Source of the DNA: Hemiscyllium ocellatum
Taxonomy: Eukaryota
Length of the DNA: 64,000 bases
Assembly (NCBI RefSeq): GCF_020745735.1
Contig: NW_026867788.1
Coordinates: 413,584-477,583, forward strand
Direction of reading: 5' to 3'
Shown here: positions 50,587 to 63,619 of the stretch, piece by piece
Numbering within the stretch: position 1 is the stretch's first letter
How the letters are laid out: the number at the start of each line of letters is the position of its first letter
The notes under the pieces: generated by a model
Databases searched by the model: none
Seen by the model: the letters and a program-made list of their open reading frames with translations, nothing else
What the model was told of the DNA's origin: nothing
Program-made: the position numbers and the translations under genes

Positions 50587-53467
50587 AAGCCGCGGCCGCC
50601 CGTGCAGAGGCTCAGTGGTGTCCAGCACTGAAAGTTGAAGCCATTCTACCTTTTATCTTTCAGTTTCCAACAGCTCGTTATTGTCCAGCGTAATGGAAAT
50701 CTTGAAAACTTCAAAAAAAGACACGATAAATTGATGACAAAATAAAGACAAGGATGTCGTTAATGCTTGGACCATTGGGCGAGGTGGAATAGGCTGGGAC
50801 AGGTTTCCCTGCAGCGTAACGGCTGCGACATGATCTGATGGAAGGGTTGTAAACTGAGAAAATTCGTATTATCCCTAAGCTGGGTCGATTTGAAAACTCG
50901 AGAGCATTGGTTTAAGGTAATTTGGCTGAAATTGACAAAGTACTTGAGGCGCATTTCCCACACAGAAGGTTGTGCGTGTATGGAATAAGCTACCAGAGGA
51001 AGTGGAGGAGGCTATTACGCTCAGAAAATTGCAAAGGTAACGGGGTGATTTTCTGGATAGAATGGGTTTAGAGGGATTGAGGGCAAATGCTGGAGAATGG
51101 GACGTGTTTAATTTTGGCTATGTGGTGGGCATGGACGTGATACACTGTAGTATCTGTTCCCACGCAGTGTAAACCAATAACGTTGTGTTGCTTATTACAC
51201 ATGCTTTAAAGGATCACTTTTTAGCATCGCAGTCTGTGGCACAATCATTCAGTCTGTTCGACTGCTCACGGGAAAGGTAGGATTTTGAAACACTGCCGAA
51301 ACGAACGACTTTCCTACTTTTGCTCTGACTGGCAATATTCTGTGAAATTTTTCCAGATCCTCAATTGAAGATTTTGGCAGCTGGAAATTAAGTCAGAAAA
51401 CCTGTTAATTCGTAAGGTACTGAGCAGTTGCAATTTCGAAAATAGAAAGCATTTAACAAGGAACACAAACAAAACTGGCAAACCAAATGCATGTTCAGAC
51501 ACAGCGAAGCATGAATGCTAAATGTGAAACAATCCGAGGGCATGAGGCATAATGTAATCTCACAACTAACAACAGGGCAATTCCAAACTACTCTTTCAAA
51601 CATACTGCAGCCTTACTGCACCACCACTTCCCAGACAAAGCTGAAAAGAGAGAAAAAGCGAACATAATAAGAATGGGCCATAAAAAGCGAATTTCACCAA
51701 TCACAGTCTCGATTAGATGACCTTTACCTTCCGATGTCTCCTGGACGGAAATGAAGGAAATGGGAGAAATGCCATAACATATGACATCGGAATTCTTGGG
51801 AACGATTTTCCCATTGGCCAGAAAACCAAACAACGACGAGTCGAGTCTCCGCAGGACCTTGTTTCACAACAGCGATGAAATAAAATTCTCCATTCCGTTC
51901 CAGTAAAAACTCAACTTGCATGGAAAACAAAGCAACATTAGAGCTGCTTGCGATTTTCTGCGCGGGAGGAGAACATGTTCATGACAGGACAGACACTTTA
52001 AATATTCAGCACATTCCCACACCGCAGTTTTGTTTTGAACATCAATATAACGGGGATCGAAACAGCATTTTAACAAGCTGTTGGAGTTGATCAGCATAAA
52101 TGCCTATGACGGGATTCAAACCAGCAGATGAAAAGTCACATGAAAAGGGTTCCATGATCCCTGTCCGACTCGCACAGCTACTGACATGCGTCTGGCTACA
52201 ATATGAATTTCGCAGCAGATAATGATAGCCCATCAATCCAGACAAAAAAAAATCAATGGTCTCTTGAGTGTATCTTCTCAGACTCTTTCAACTAAAAATG
52301 TCTCTGTGAGTGCGTGAGTATATGTTAGGTTAAGGATTGTTGAAATAACCATGAGCTGCTTGACTTTATTGCAATTTCGAATCTTGCTTTGCTAAATGTT
52401 TTCACTCATTGCTCGAAACAGGACAACTTTCACGATTACACGGAACATGAAACACACGGGACTACAGGGAAAATGCACAAAGCTGAGCAGGCCGTGTTCC
52501 ACATCATACCGTGCAGCATAGTTTCAGTCACTGTGTCTGTTTCTCAGAATAATAGTCCCAAAGAATGTTCTCCACACTAAAACCGGAGGTACAGAATTCA
52601 AGAGGTTCTGTTAGCACCTCACCACACCCCCACTCCGGAGAGGTGCTAACTGCCCTTGAATGCCTTTTGTTCTCGATGTGAAGAGCTCTCACGCCTGAGT
52701 CACCTTCACCTCTCTTGTTGCTGAGTGACTCACAAAGAAGGATTTTCACCAGAGCTGCAACTGCCTCACTTTCCCACTCGCCCTGCCCGTTTACAGTTTC
52801 CTGCCCGTCATTGATTTAAGAAAACCAAATGAGTGCGATATCATTCTGCATCCTGTCTCTCGTTTCCGCCGTTTCAGTTCCAACATGGCTTAGATCTCGG
52901 GTGTCACCTTAATACTAGCGGTGCTTTGAAAGCGTAGGTCCAGAGGTTCCTCGGAGAGCATAATTTCTTTCATTGCTGTTGCTGATTGAATGAGCCACTA
53001 ACGTGTGAACTGCTCCAAAACATGATTCAGGATCTCTGGTGCCAATTCTCGCACGTTGAATAACGTCAGACAACTTCCAAATGAGATCTTTCAGAGACGA
53101 CTTTGGGCTACGTTTGACAGACAGACTAGTTCAGGAATCCGTAGTGTACTGTGACACCAGCGCATCAGCTTCTTCCCTGTCTTTGAACCGGTCGCCTGCG
53201 CAAGGAATGCAAACGCGGAACTGCTTTTTTATGGAAGGATCAGAACACGGTAACTACACTCTCAAACAGAATGACTTATGATCAGAGCCAGGTTGGAGAA
53301 AAACTTTACAATGCTTTGCGCAGTAATTAAATGGAATTGTGCTACATTACATTTCACTACGAGAGCAGATTTGTTAAAGCAAATTCGAAGGCAGGTTTGT
53401 TGATGGGAAAGCAAGCAAGAAAGCTCAATTTTTGTCCATGTAAAGTGCTGCAATTGAAGAACAAAGT

Positions 53468-53538
53468 AGTTTCTGCCCAGTTTCGAACTGGGGACCTTTC
53501 GCGTGTAAGACGAATGTGATGACCACTATACCACAAAC
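53468..53538 (-). tRNA. tRNA-Val(TAC), degenerate (unit 5)
   Basis: Reverse complement GTTTGTGGTATAGTGGTCATCACATTCGTCTTACACGCGAAAGGTCCCCAGTTCGAAACTGGGCAGAAACT. Two nt are lost from the acceptor stem; the T arm is perfect. Confidence 0.8.
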
Positions 53539-54929
53539 CACCGCAGACAAGGATGTCGTTAATGCTTGGACCGTTGGGCGAGGTGGAATAGGCTGGGACA
53601 AGTTTCCCTGCAGCGTAACGGCTGCGATATGATCTGATGGAAGGGATTGTAAACTGAGTACATTCGTGTTTTCCCTAAGCTGGGGCGAGTTGAAAACTCG
53701 AGAGCATTGGTTTAAGGTGATTTGGCAGAAATTGACAAAGTACCTGAGACACATTTCCCACACTGAAGGTTGTGCGTGTATGGAATAAGCGACCCGCGAA
53801 TGTGGACGAGGCTATTACGCTCAGAAAATTGCAAAGGTAACCGGATGATTTTCTGGATAGAATGGGTTTAGAGGGATTTAGGCCAAATGCTGGAGAATGG
53901 GACGTGTTTAATTTTGGCTATGTGGTGAGCATGGACGTCATACACTGTAGTATCTGTTCCCACGCAGTGTAAACCAATAACGTTGTGTTGCTTATTACAC
54001 CTGCTTTAAAGGATCACTTTTTAGCATCGCAGACTGTGGCACAATCTTTTAGTCTGTTCGACTGCTCACGGGAAAGGTAGGATTGTGAAACACTGCCGAA
54101 ACAAAGGACTTTCCTACTTTTGTCTGACTGGCAATATTCCGTGAAATGTTTCCAGATCCTCAATTGAAGATGTTGGCCGCTGGAAATTACTTCAGAAAGC
54201 CTGTTAATTCGTAATGTACTGAGCGAATCGCAAAATAGAAAGCATTTAACAAGGAACACAAATAAAACTGGCAAACCAAATGCATGTTCAGACACAGCGA
54301 AGCATGATTGCTAAATGTGAGACAGAACGAGGGCATGCGGCATAAAGTAATCTCACAACTAACAACAGGGCAATTCGAAACTACTCTTTCAAACATACTG
54401 CAGCCTTAGTGCACCACCACTTCCCAGAGATAGCTGAAAAGAGAGAAAGAGCGAACATAATAAGAATGGGCCATAAAAAGTGAATTTCACCAATCACTGT
54501 CTCGATTAGATTACCTTTACCTTCCGATGTCTCCTGGACAGAAATGAAGGAAATGGGAGAAATGCAATAACATATGACATCGAAATTCTTGGGAACGATT
54601 TTTTTTATTCTTCTTTATTCTCCCACGAAGTGTGGCCATCATGGTCTGAACATTATTTGTTGTTCATTCTTAATTCACCTTGAACTGAGTCAGAGGGATT
54701 GTATCGTTGAAAAGCACTGCTGTGAGTCTGGAGTGATATGTTGGAAGGTTGGCAAATTCCCTTTCCAAGGGACAAGAATGAATGGGCTTTCAGTAAATTA
54801 AAACTTTTTGCCTCTGTTCCTCTGATCGGGGTTATTATTCCAGATTTTATTCATCGATTTAAATACCAGCAGCTGCCATGTTCCAGTCTCCAAGTGTTGC
54901 TAGCCCAATATATCGCCACTACATTTGCT

Positions 54930-55580
54930 TTTGACACGAAGATTGGTGAGTAGCAGAAAGCATACGGGTCTTCAAAGAATAGAGAATAATATAGATAGAC
55001 GGGGAGAGTAGAGTGGAGAAGTGGCAGACGGAGTTCAATCGAGGCAAATGTGAAGTGATGCATTTTGGGAAGCCTATTCTAGAACCAACGACACAGTAAA
55101 CGGAACAGCCTTGGAGAAATTTGATGAGCGGAGAGATATGGGAGTTCAGGTCCTTTGTACCATGACGATGGTGGCACAGGTCGATAGAGCGATGAAGAAA
55201 GCAAATGGCATGCTTGTCGTCAGAGGACCGGGCTTTGAATGTAAGAAGTGGCAGAGGTCATGCAAAAATTGTAGAAGATTTTGGTTCGGCCGCGTTTAGG
55301 AATACTGTGCATATTTTGGTCGTCAAGTTACCCAGTTGAGTGGACGTTTACGAAAGGGTGTAGAGAAGGTTTGCGAGGATGTTGCTGGAAATAAAGTGAG
55401 CAGCTGTCAAGGAAATACATTGAAAAAACAGATTATAACAACATAGAGGGCAGAGTCCGCAGTCTGAAATTGTTGCTCTCATTGGTGAGTACGGAACGCT
55501 GTCGAGCCTGGGTCATTCTATTACAGCCATGACATGCAGGTTAGGCCAAGTGGCCTCGATCTGTGCTTTAACCTTCTGAT
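54930..55580 (+). mobile_element. Degenerate CR1 RT/3' fragment
   Basis: WQTEFNRGKCEVMHFG and VAQVDRAMKKANGML motifs. Confidence 0.75.
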
Positions 55581-55859
55581 AAATTTATTCTGACATTTGG
55601 AATTCAGGTCGGATGATGTTCATAAATTCTCAAATTGGACTTGAGTTTAATATTCTGGAGAAATGTTAAATAAATCACAATGATCCCATTCTGCAAACTT
55701 TAGTCCGCAGCCCTGTGTGCTCCAGCATCTGTTACATCCATGTCCTTTTATTCTAATGTGATGCTGGTTACTGCCTCTGCCACCCCATCAGTGAGTTCCT
55801 GTTCCCCACCATCTCCGAGTGAAATGAATTCTCCCCTCCCCTTCTTTCTCAGAATTAGT

Positions 55860-56140
55860 TTCAATCTAAATCCTCCAGTTTCTGACCTCTCTGTTAATGA
55901 ATAGCTCCTTCCTATCCACTCGATCTGGATTCCTCAGCATTTTATCACTTCAATTAAATCACAGCTCATCCTTCTCGGAAATCATCCCCAGCCTATCCAA
56001 CTTTTCCTCATAGCAGAAATTTTCCAATTGTAGAAACATTCTGATCAATCTCCTCTGTACCCCCTCTGGTGTGATCACATCAACCCTGGAATGTGGGGAT
56101 CAGAAGTGTGTGCAGTACTTTAACGAGTGTTCCTGACATT
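55860..56140 (-). mobile_element. Degenerate CR1 3' fragment
   Basis: Reverse-strand similarity to the CR1 C-terminal region (AGAGGAGATTGATCAGAATG..., CTATGAGGAAAAGTTGGATAGGCTGGG). Confidence 0.5.
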
Positions 56141-57909
56141 TCCAGTGTCACCTCCGTGTTCTTGTGGTTGTCGCTCAGACAAGAAGTGTCCTGGTTTTCC
56201 CACATGGAACTGGATGTGCACTCCATGGGGCGGGGATTCCCACAAAGTGTTTATTTGTTGAATAATCCTAAATTAATTTCAGATTAAGGCAAGATTATCA
56301 GCTACCCACCAATCAATTTCTTCCATTATACTGAACTCACCTTACTTTTTTATAATTTCCTTAAAATTTTTACTATCTTAACACAACAGGCTTTAATTTG
56401 CTGATCAAGCATTCAGATGTCTCCACTGTTACAATCACTGAAGATTGTATTTACCTTCAGCTACATTGGTGAATTGAACATTGATTGTAAATATATGAAT
56501 ATCAAACGGACTTGAGTTTTAAGATAATTAATCCAGTCTGATGTTCTTGTTGGTTAATATCTTGAAGAGAACTGTCCTCAGAACTCCAGCTGTGCTCTGA
56601 TTTCATTCACAACCGGGTGTGGTTGGACTGCAGATCTTAGATCCGTTCGTTCCCGGATTGCTTCGCTCTATCTATCACTTGCCACTTATGCTGTTTGGAA
56701 CACAAGTAGTCCTCTTTGGTAACCTCATCAGGTTAATACCTCATTTTTAGGTATTCATGCTGCTGTTACTGGCATGCCCTCCTGAATTCTCTCAGTTGAA
56801 CGAGGATTGATCCTCTGATTCGATGCTAAGAGGTAAATTGGGGGATATGCTGGGCCATGATTCTGTAAGTTTTGTTGGAGTACAATTCTACTGCTGTTGT
56901 TGGAAGGAAAGAGTTAAACTCTTACTCTGTTGGTCCCATATACTACATGTGGTATCATGAACACTGATAAGCCAAGACATGAAATACGAGCAACACGGTA
57001 CAATGATGCAGGATCACAACTGCAGCAAGGGGAGTTTAAGATCCAACCCGACATAAGAGTAGGGAAAGAAGCAGCTGATCAGATTGTCTCATTCATTGTC
57101 ATAAAGAGACTCTATGAGATTATTGCACTCTTGGGGGTAAGAATGGACGAGGTTGGGGAGATGGAGAGCCCTTCAAAAGAAATTAATTTGCCTGAGCGTT
57201 GTGAAAATGCATTGATTGCCATGCATTTAACAGAAAGCTAATTGAAACTCTTTTTATCGCCAAAAGATAACTACACTGATGGTGCTTCCAATCATCACCA
57301 GAAACAAACCCCAGAATACATGGTGCGGAGATGGATGTCAATTGCCAATCAACATCCAACTCCTGCAATCATTGAGCAAACTTACATGTGGTGAACCAGT
57401 TCTGATGAACCAGAAAATCACTGTTCACTCTGTGCAGATGGACAGCGGTGTGGGGAAGGATTGGCCGAGTGGTATTGTCGTGAGACAGTTAATCTAAAAT
57501 CCAAGAGTGTGTTCAGAACCTGCTGCAGCAGATGGGGAATTTCAATTCAATAAAAAAAACTTGTGAATTTATAGGCTCATGATGACCATTAATAGATTGT
57601 CAGGGAAAAACCCATCTACCCTTTCAGGAAGGAAGCTGCCATCCTTACTTGGTCTGGCCTACATTGTGACTTCAGACCCTCTGGGCAATTAGGGATGGGC
57701 AGGAAATGCTGTCAGGCCAGCAACACCCTCCTCCTGTGAATGAATACAGGAAAATAAAAGTCTGTACCCAGTGTTAATCTGAACATCTTTGAACATGTCA
57801 TAAACATTTCAAAACGTAAGTTCTCTGTGTGCAAAACTTTATGAGCTGCCAAAACCATTGTACATCACTTGGCGTGAGAAAGAGGGGAAAAAATCCTTCA
57901 ACTGAGGCT

Positions 57910-58020
57910 ATCAGTAAATTGACTGGTGTCTCAGCAGGATGGATGCCTGAGTGAATCCCTTCCCCCCAACACACGCACAGAGCAGGTGAACAGCTTCTCC
58001 CCAGTCTGACTGGTTTGGCC
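57910..58020 (-). pseudogene. C2H2 zinc-finger remnant
   Basis: Minus strand reads ACT GGG GAG AAG CTG TTC ACC TGC TCT GTG (TGEKLFTCSV), a short insertion, then G-K-G-F-T-Q-A-S-I-L-L-R-H-Q: linker plus one finger. Confidence 0.7.
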
Positions 58021-58194
58021 AGTTTCCAGGTGGGATAGGTAAAGAATTCCCTTCTGTCATTCCCCAAATTTCCAGAGTCGCTCCCTAGTGTGGCTGCACT
58101 GGTGTTCTGCCATTTCATATAAATGCTAGCAGACTGTTACATACACCGTTAGCCCCCCCACCATCCCCCCCTCCCCCCACCCATCAGGGACCCA

Positions 58195-61100
58195 GTATAA
58201 GGCAGTAAACATTATCTCCTGCTGTGGAAAGACAGCCTGTATTGGTCTGAGTAGGAACACTGAGCAGATTTCCCTAAATGACAACTTAATGGTGAGCAGA
58301 GCAATTTAAGCAAGTCCAAATAAAATTCATTATAGCACAGAAAGAGGCCCAACAAATCAAAGCTGGCTCTCTGTGGCAGAATCCAATATTCTCATTCCCC
58401 ATATGTACCCAAAACTCTGCAAGTTTATTTCCCTCAGATCTGATATAATTGTTTTTATTAATCATTGATCTTCTCTACTTGCACCACCATAATAAGCAAC
58501 ATGTTCTGCATATTTCCAGCCAATACAGTCAGTATAGACATTTGCTCATCTCCCCCGTCTCAAAACCTTACATCTGACCTTAATTCTTGTGCCATTATCT
58601 ATCAAATACAGATATTTTTGTCTGCTATATCTAGGTCTGTTATAATCTTATACAGCTCCATCAAAACTATATCCAACTTCTTCACTTCAAAGAAAATCGC
58701 AATTTATTCAAATCAATCCAGTGACTGCATTGTCTTCATCAGTGAACCACTCCAGTAAGTCTGTACTCCACACTCTGAAGATCACTCATATCCTTCATTG
58801 TTGATGACTATATTGTTCCACAATCCGGACGATGCAAGTTTTCTGCACAACAGCAATAGCTTTATTATTGGACAGCCGGCGAGAGTTTCAAAGTGTCTCT
58901 AAAGTAGCCGAGTGTCTACTTGTAGAGATTCTCCTTCACGAATCTCTGCCTTACCCACAGAGACAGTATATTTAATAGGAATTATACAAAGGTATATCAG
59001 TCACATGGGCGATTGCCATTCCATAGTTTAAAGTAGGGAATTATGAATTTGCAAAGCTTGATGAATGTCAATGTCCTGTTATAACATGTGAATGGATTAC
59101 AGAAATTGATTATCATATTGTTCATGATTATGTGTTGATGGGAAGAGATTACGGCAGAAGCGTTCTCCCTTCAGTAAATGGGGTTTCATTTATCTATGCT
59201 AATATGGAGGGGAGGTAAGACAATGAGAGCGGGATGCAATTTAATTGGGTTGTGCCCAGGGCTCTCAGTCTTGTCTGGAAAGGGCAAATTCCTCTGTCTA
59301 GGGTTACGGGGCAATCCACATGTGTGGCTGCAAGAGGTTCTATTTTGAGATACAGTCAGCCTTCCCCTTTCTGAGGTGTTCTGTCTGTATTCTAAGAGTG
59401 CAGGCCTTCAGTTGATGAAATAAGGCGTTTGGCAAGGAATGTTTAACCTTTGGGACCGCAAAGTGTCCTGAAAGAGAAGCAAAAGGTATGGAACTGGCCC
59501 CTCTGTGGTATTTTAACTTCCTCATTCTGATCAGGAATCTGTTGACCAGAATTGAATGTAATGACTGACTGCGACCAAACTAGAGTCTTGTCAAGGGTCA
59601 GCATCTTTTCTGTGAGTTTATTATCATTCCCCCATTAATGAAGCCAAGCATCCATTTGTTTGACTCAAACCAGTTTATGTTTTCTCTACTTTAATGATTG
59701 GTACACATTGTCCCCCATTGCTGCTGTCGTGCTCTCTGTTTCTGTGTCATTCAAATATATATTCCCTTTTGACATTGCTTCTCTCAAAATGCATCAACTT
59801 ACTGTGTGTTCTGAAGAACAGCCATATTCCACTCAAAATATTATCTCTCGCTCCACACATTCTACCTGCTGGAAAACAGAACAGTACAGTACCGGAATAA
59901 TTGGCCCAACATGTGTGTGCGGATCATGATGCCATTCCAAACTAATTCCACCTGCCTGTACATGGTCCATATCACTGCCAACCCATGCCTGATTATGTGC
60001 CCACCCAAATGCCTCTTAAAAGTTGTGATTTTTTTCTGCTTTTCCTATCTCTCAGGAAAGAACATTGTTGTCACTTACCGCCTTCTGCATAAGAAACTAG
60101 TCTGACACAACTGCCTTTAAACTTGCACATGTTGTTGGAAATGCTCAGCAGATCATGCAGCATCTGTGAAGAAAAATCAGTTTCGGGTCTGGTCACCCTT
60201 CCTCAGAAATGTTAACTTTAATTTATCTTCATAGAAACTGCTAGACCTGCTGAACTTTTCCCGAAAATGTTTCTGCTTCTGTTTTATAGCATCTGCAGTT
60301 GTTTCAGTTTTTGTTTCCTTTAAACTTGCCCCCACTTCCCTTAAATCTATGGCCTGTAGAATTTGCGATTTCAACTTGGAAAAAAATTGAGATTTTTCAC
60401 TCTGTCTGAGCCTTTCGGATCACCCGCAGCCACTGACTTCCCCAAGACAAAAATCCAAGTCTTTCCAACCTCTCCCAATCCAAGCAACATTCTGGTAAAC
60501 CTTTTCTCACGCGGTCCAAAGCCTGCACATCCTCCTTTTTATGTGGTGATCAAAACAACACACAATACTCCAAAGGTGACCTAATGACAGTTTTATATTC
60601 ACTCCCCTGACAGAAGAAGGCAGGCCTGCCATCCACCACCTTCACCACTTTCAGGGAGCTGTGAACTTGCCCCTGATGATCCCTCTGTATATCAATGCTG
60701 CTGAGAGCCCTTCGGTTCAGTGAATACATTCCTCTTGCAATGAGTCTCCCAAAATACATCACCTCACACTTGTCTAGATTAAAATCTATTTTTGTATGGG
60801 TTTTCCAACTGATCTCTTTCTTGCTGTATCCTTTGACAACATTCACAACTTCATCAATTTGTACCGTCTAGAAACTTGCTAATTACATCGTTTACATTTC
60901 CATTCTAATCATTGATATATGTTACAGACAATAGATATTGCATTTCGGATCCTTGTGAAACAACACTGACCACAGTACTCCAGCCAGCAGCATGCTGTGG
61001 AAGGAACATTTTTCATTTAGTCAGTCAGTCGGAAAGCATTTCAGGTATTGGTGTGGCACTAGATGTTCCAAGATATTCACAATCCTGGTGAAAACACCTT

Positions 61101-62584
61101 AGAGCAGATTTTCAGTTCCGTGTATCCTACCTGGGGACTCCACCACAACCATGTATAAAGCAATGAACATTATCTCCTGCTGTGGAAGGACAACCTGTGT
61201 TGGTCTGAGCATGAACACAGAGTAGATTCACCTTAATGATAATTCAACCCCTGAAGACAAATAACCAGAACAAGTTAAGCAAGTACAAAAAAATGTGTTA
61301 TGGCATAGAAAGGGGCTCATCAAAGCCAAGCTGGCTCTCTGTAGCAGAATCCCTTATTCTCATTCTCCAACTGCCCCCAAAACCCAGAACGTTTATTTCT
61401 CTCAGAATTGATATAATCATATTTGTTAATCATTGACCATCTCTAATTGCACCACCGCAATAGGCAGCATGTTCTGCATATTTCCAGCCAATACAGTCAA
61501 CGGGAACATTTGCTCATCTCCCACTTTCTGAAAACGTTATATCTTACCTTAAATTTTGAACCATCACCTATCAAGTGCGATTTATTTTATTGTCTGTTCT
61601 ATCTGGATGTGTTATAATCTTATCCATTTTATTCTATCAGGATATATTCAACTTGATTTCTTCAAAGAAAATAGCATTTTTTTTTCCAAATCTATCCAGT
61701 GACTGCATTTTCTTCATCAGTACACCACTCCAGTAAGTCTGTACTCCACACCCTGAAGATCACTCAGATCCTTCCTGAGCAGCAATCTGTTGACCTGAAT
61801 TGGATACAATAATTGACTGTGACCGAACCCGTCAATGAAATTGTTTAATAAAACCCAGGCTCCCATATGTTTTGATCAAAATACTTTGATTATGTCCTAT
61901 CTCCTTTAAAGAATTGTACACATTGTCCAATCCCCCCGCCCCCCACTTCCCTCAGTCTCTACTCTTTGTGTCTGTGCCATGCAAATATATATTTCCTGTC
62001 TCAAAATGTATCAACTACTGTGTGTTCCAAAAATATTATCTCTCGCGCTGTACCGCCGGGAAAACAGAACAGTACAGCACTGGAATAATCGGTCCACCAT
62101 GTCTGTGCAGACCATGATGCCATTCCAAACTAATTCCACCTGTCTGGACATGATCCATATCCCTGCCAACCCCTGTCGGCTCATGGGTCTGCCCAAATGC
62201 CTCTTAAGCATCATGATTGTTTCTGCTTTTACCAGCTCCCAGGAGAGTACATTCTAGTCATCTACCAACTTTTGCATTAGAAACTTGCCTGACATAACTA
62301 CCTTTAAACTTTCACATATTATTGGAAATGCTCAGCAGGTCTTGCAGCATCTGAGAAAGTAAAAATCCCTTCATGTTTCGGGTCCTTCCTCAGAAACGTG
62401 AACTCTGATTTCTCTTCACAGATGCTTCCAGACTTGTTGAGCATTTCGAGAAACTTCTGTTTTTGTTTCTGATTTACCACATCTTCTGTTCTTTCGGTTT
62501 TTATTTTCTTTAAATTTCCCCCTGTCCCCTGAAATCTATGGCCTCTAGAATTTGTCATTTCTACCTTGGAAAAAGATTCAGATT
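58195..62584. repeat. Local segmental duplication (A 58195-58796 / A' 61153-61774; B ~59660-60395 / B' ~61870-62584)
   Basis: Shared strings include AACATTATCTCCTGCTGTGGAA, CATGTTCTGCATATTTCCAGCCAATACAGTCA, CCACTCCAGTAAGTCTGTACTCCACAC and ATGATGCCATTCCAAACTAATTCCACCTG. Confidence 0.9.
60480..60900 (-). mobile_element. Degenerate CR1 RT fragment
   Basis: FNLDKCEVMYFGR...QRD..QVHSSLKV motif. Confidence 0.7.
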
Positions 62585-62585
62585 A

Positions 62586-63360
62586 TAGAACATAGAACAT
62601 AGAACAATAAAGTGCAGAACAGGCCCTTCGGCCCTCAATATTGCGCTGACCTGTGGAATTTTCTCAACTCGTCCCTCTACACTATCCCAAAATCATCCAT
62701 GAACTTATGTAAGGATTATTTAAATCTCCCTAATGTGGCTGAGTTGACTACCTTAGCAGGGAGGGCATTCCACACACTTACCACTCTCTCTGTGTAAAGC
62801 ATTTGTCTCTGACATCTGTCTTAAATCTATCACCCCTCAATTTGTAGTTGTGCCCTCTCGTACATGCTGACGTCATCATCCTAGGAAAAAGACTTTCACT
62901 GTCGACCCTATCTAATTCTCTGCTTATCTTATATGTCTCTATCAAATCCCCCCTTAGCCGCCTTCTTTCCAATGAGAACAAATCCAAGTCTCTCAGTCGT
63001 TCCTCATAAGGCCTTCCCTCCAGACCAGGCACCATCCTGATAAATCTCCTCTGCACCTTTTCCAAAGCTTCCACATCCTTTTTGTAATGGAGCGACCAGA
63101 ACTGAACACAATATTCCAATTGTGACCACACCAGCATTTTGTATGGTTACAGCATGATATTGCAGTTCCAGAACTCAATCTCTCTACCAATGAAACCTAA
63201 CACACCGGATTCCGCCTTAACAGGACTATCCATCTGGGTGGCAACTTTCAGGGATTATGTACATGGACTCCAAGATCCCTCTGCACATCCACTCGACAAC
63301 CAAAACCCAACATTCTGCCTTCCTGTTATTGTTCCCAAAGTGCCTCATCTCACATTTAGC
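62586..63360 (-). mobile_element. Young CR1 LINE 3' portion with (ATAGAAC)n tail
   Basis: ORF LEYCVQFWSLHYKKDVEALEKVQRRFIRMVPGL...RRRLRGDLIETYKI...TRGHNYKL. Tail TATAGAACATAGAACATAGAAC at 62586. Confidence 0.92.
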
Positions 63361-63619
63361 TGCACTGAACTCCACTTGCACCTCTCGCAAGAAGTGAGAC
63401 AAATCAAACATGATATAAAGATCCAACAGAGTCACCAAATTCATTTGGATATAAAGGGAACATGATTATCTTGTTTGTCAGTGAGCAAAGGTTTCAAACA
63501 ACATTGTGTGTGGTCAAGCACCAACAATGACACACACACACACACATCTAAGAATGTGAGTGTTCCAGTGAACTGACTGGAGAAATTATTTAACATTATC
63601 CAGTTAACAATCTAAAAAC

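Larger units (their letters stand above)
42577..54602. repeat. Tandem array of ~3.2-kb tRNA-bearing units (two complete, three partial or deleted)
   Basis: Anchor ATAACGACAGACAGCTTCCAAATGAG recurs at about 42577, 45737, 48915 and 53060 (first periods 3160 and 3178). Unit 3 is cut at 50318 and joined into unit 4. The array ends near 54602. Confidence 0.95.

Noticed and set aside
44465-54396. Recurring similar ORFs in the array (e.g. MAVVAFQPTTLSRLE..., MNWSNNHELLD..., MGKTRKCSVHNP...)
   Set aside because: Similarity comes from the tandem duplication. The frames break differently in each unit and several are just tRNA or CR1 sequence read as protein.
42577-54602. Possibility of a CRISPR-like or prokaryotic repeat system
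   Set aside because: The units are kilobase-scale eukaryotic duplications with no short repeat-spacer structure or cas genes; the window is clearly vertebrate.
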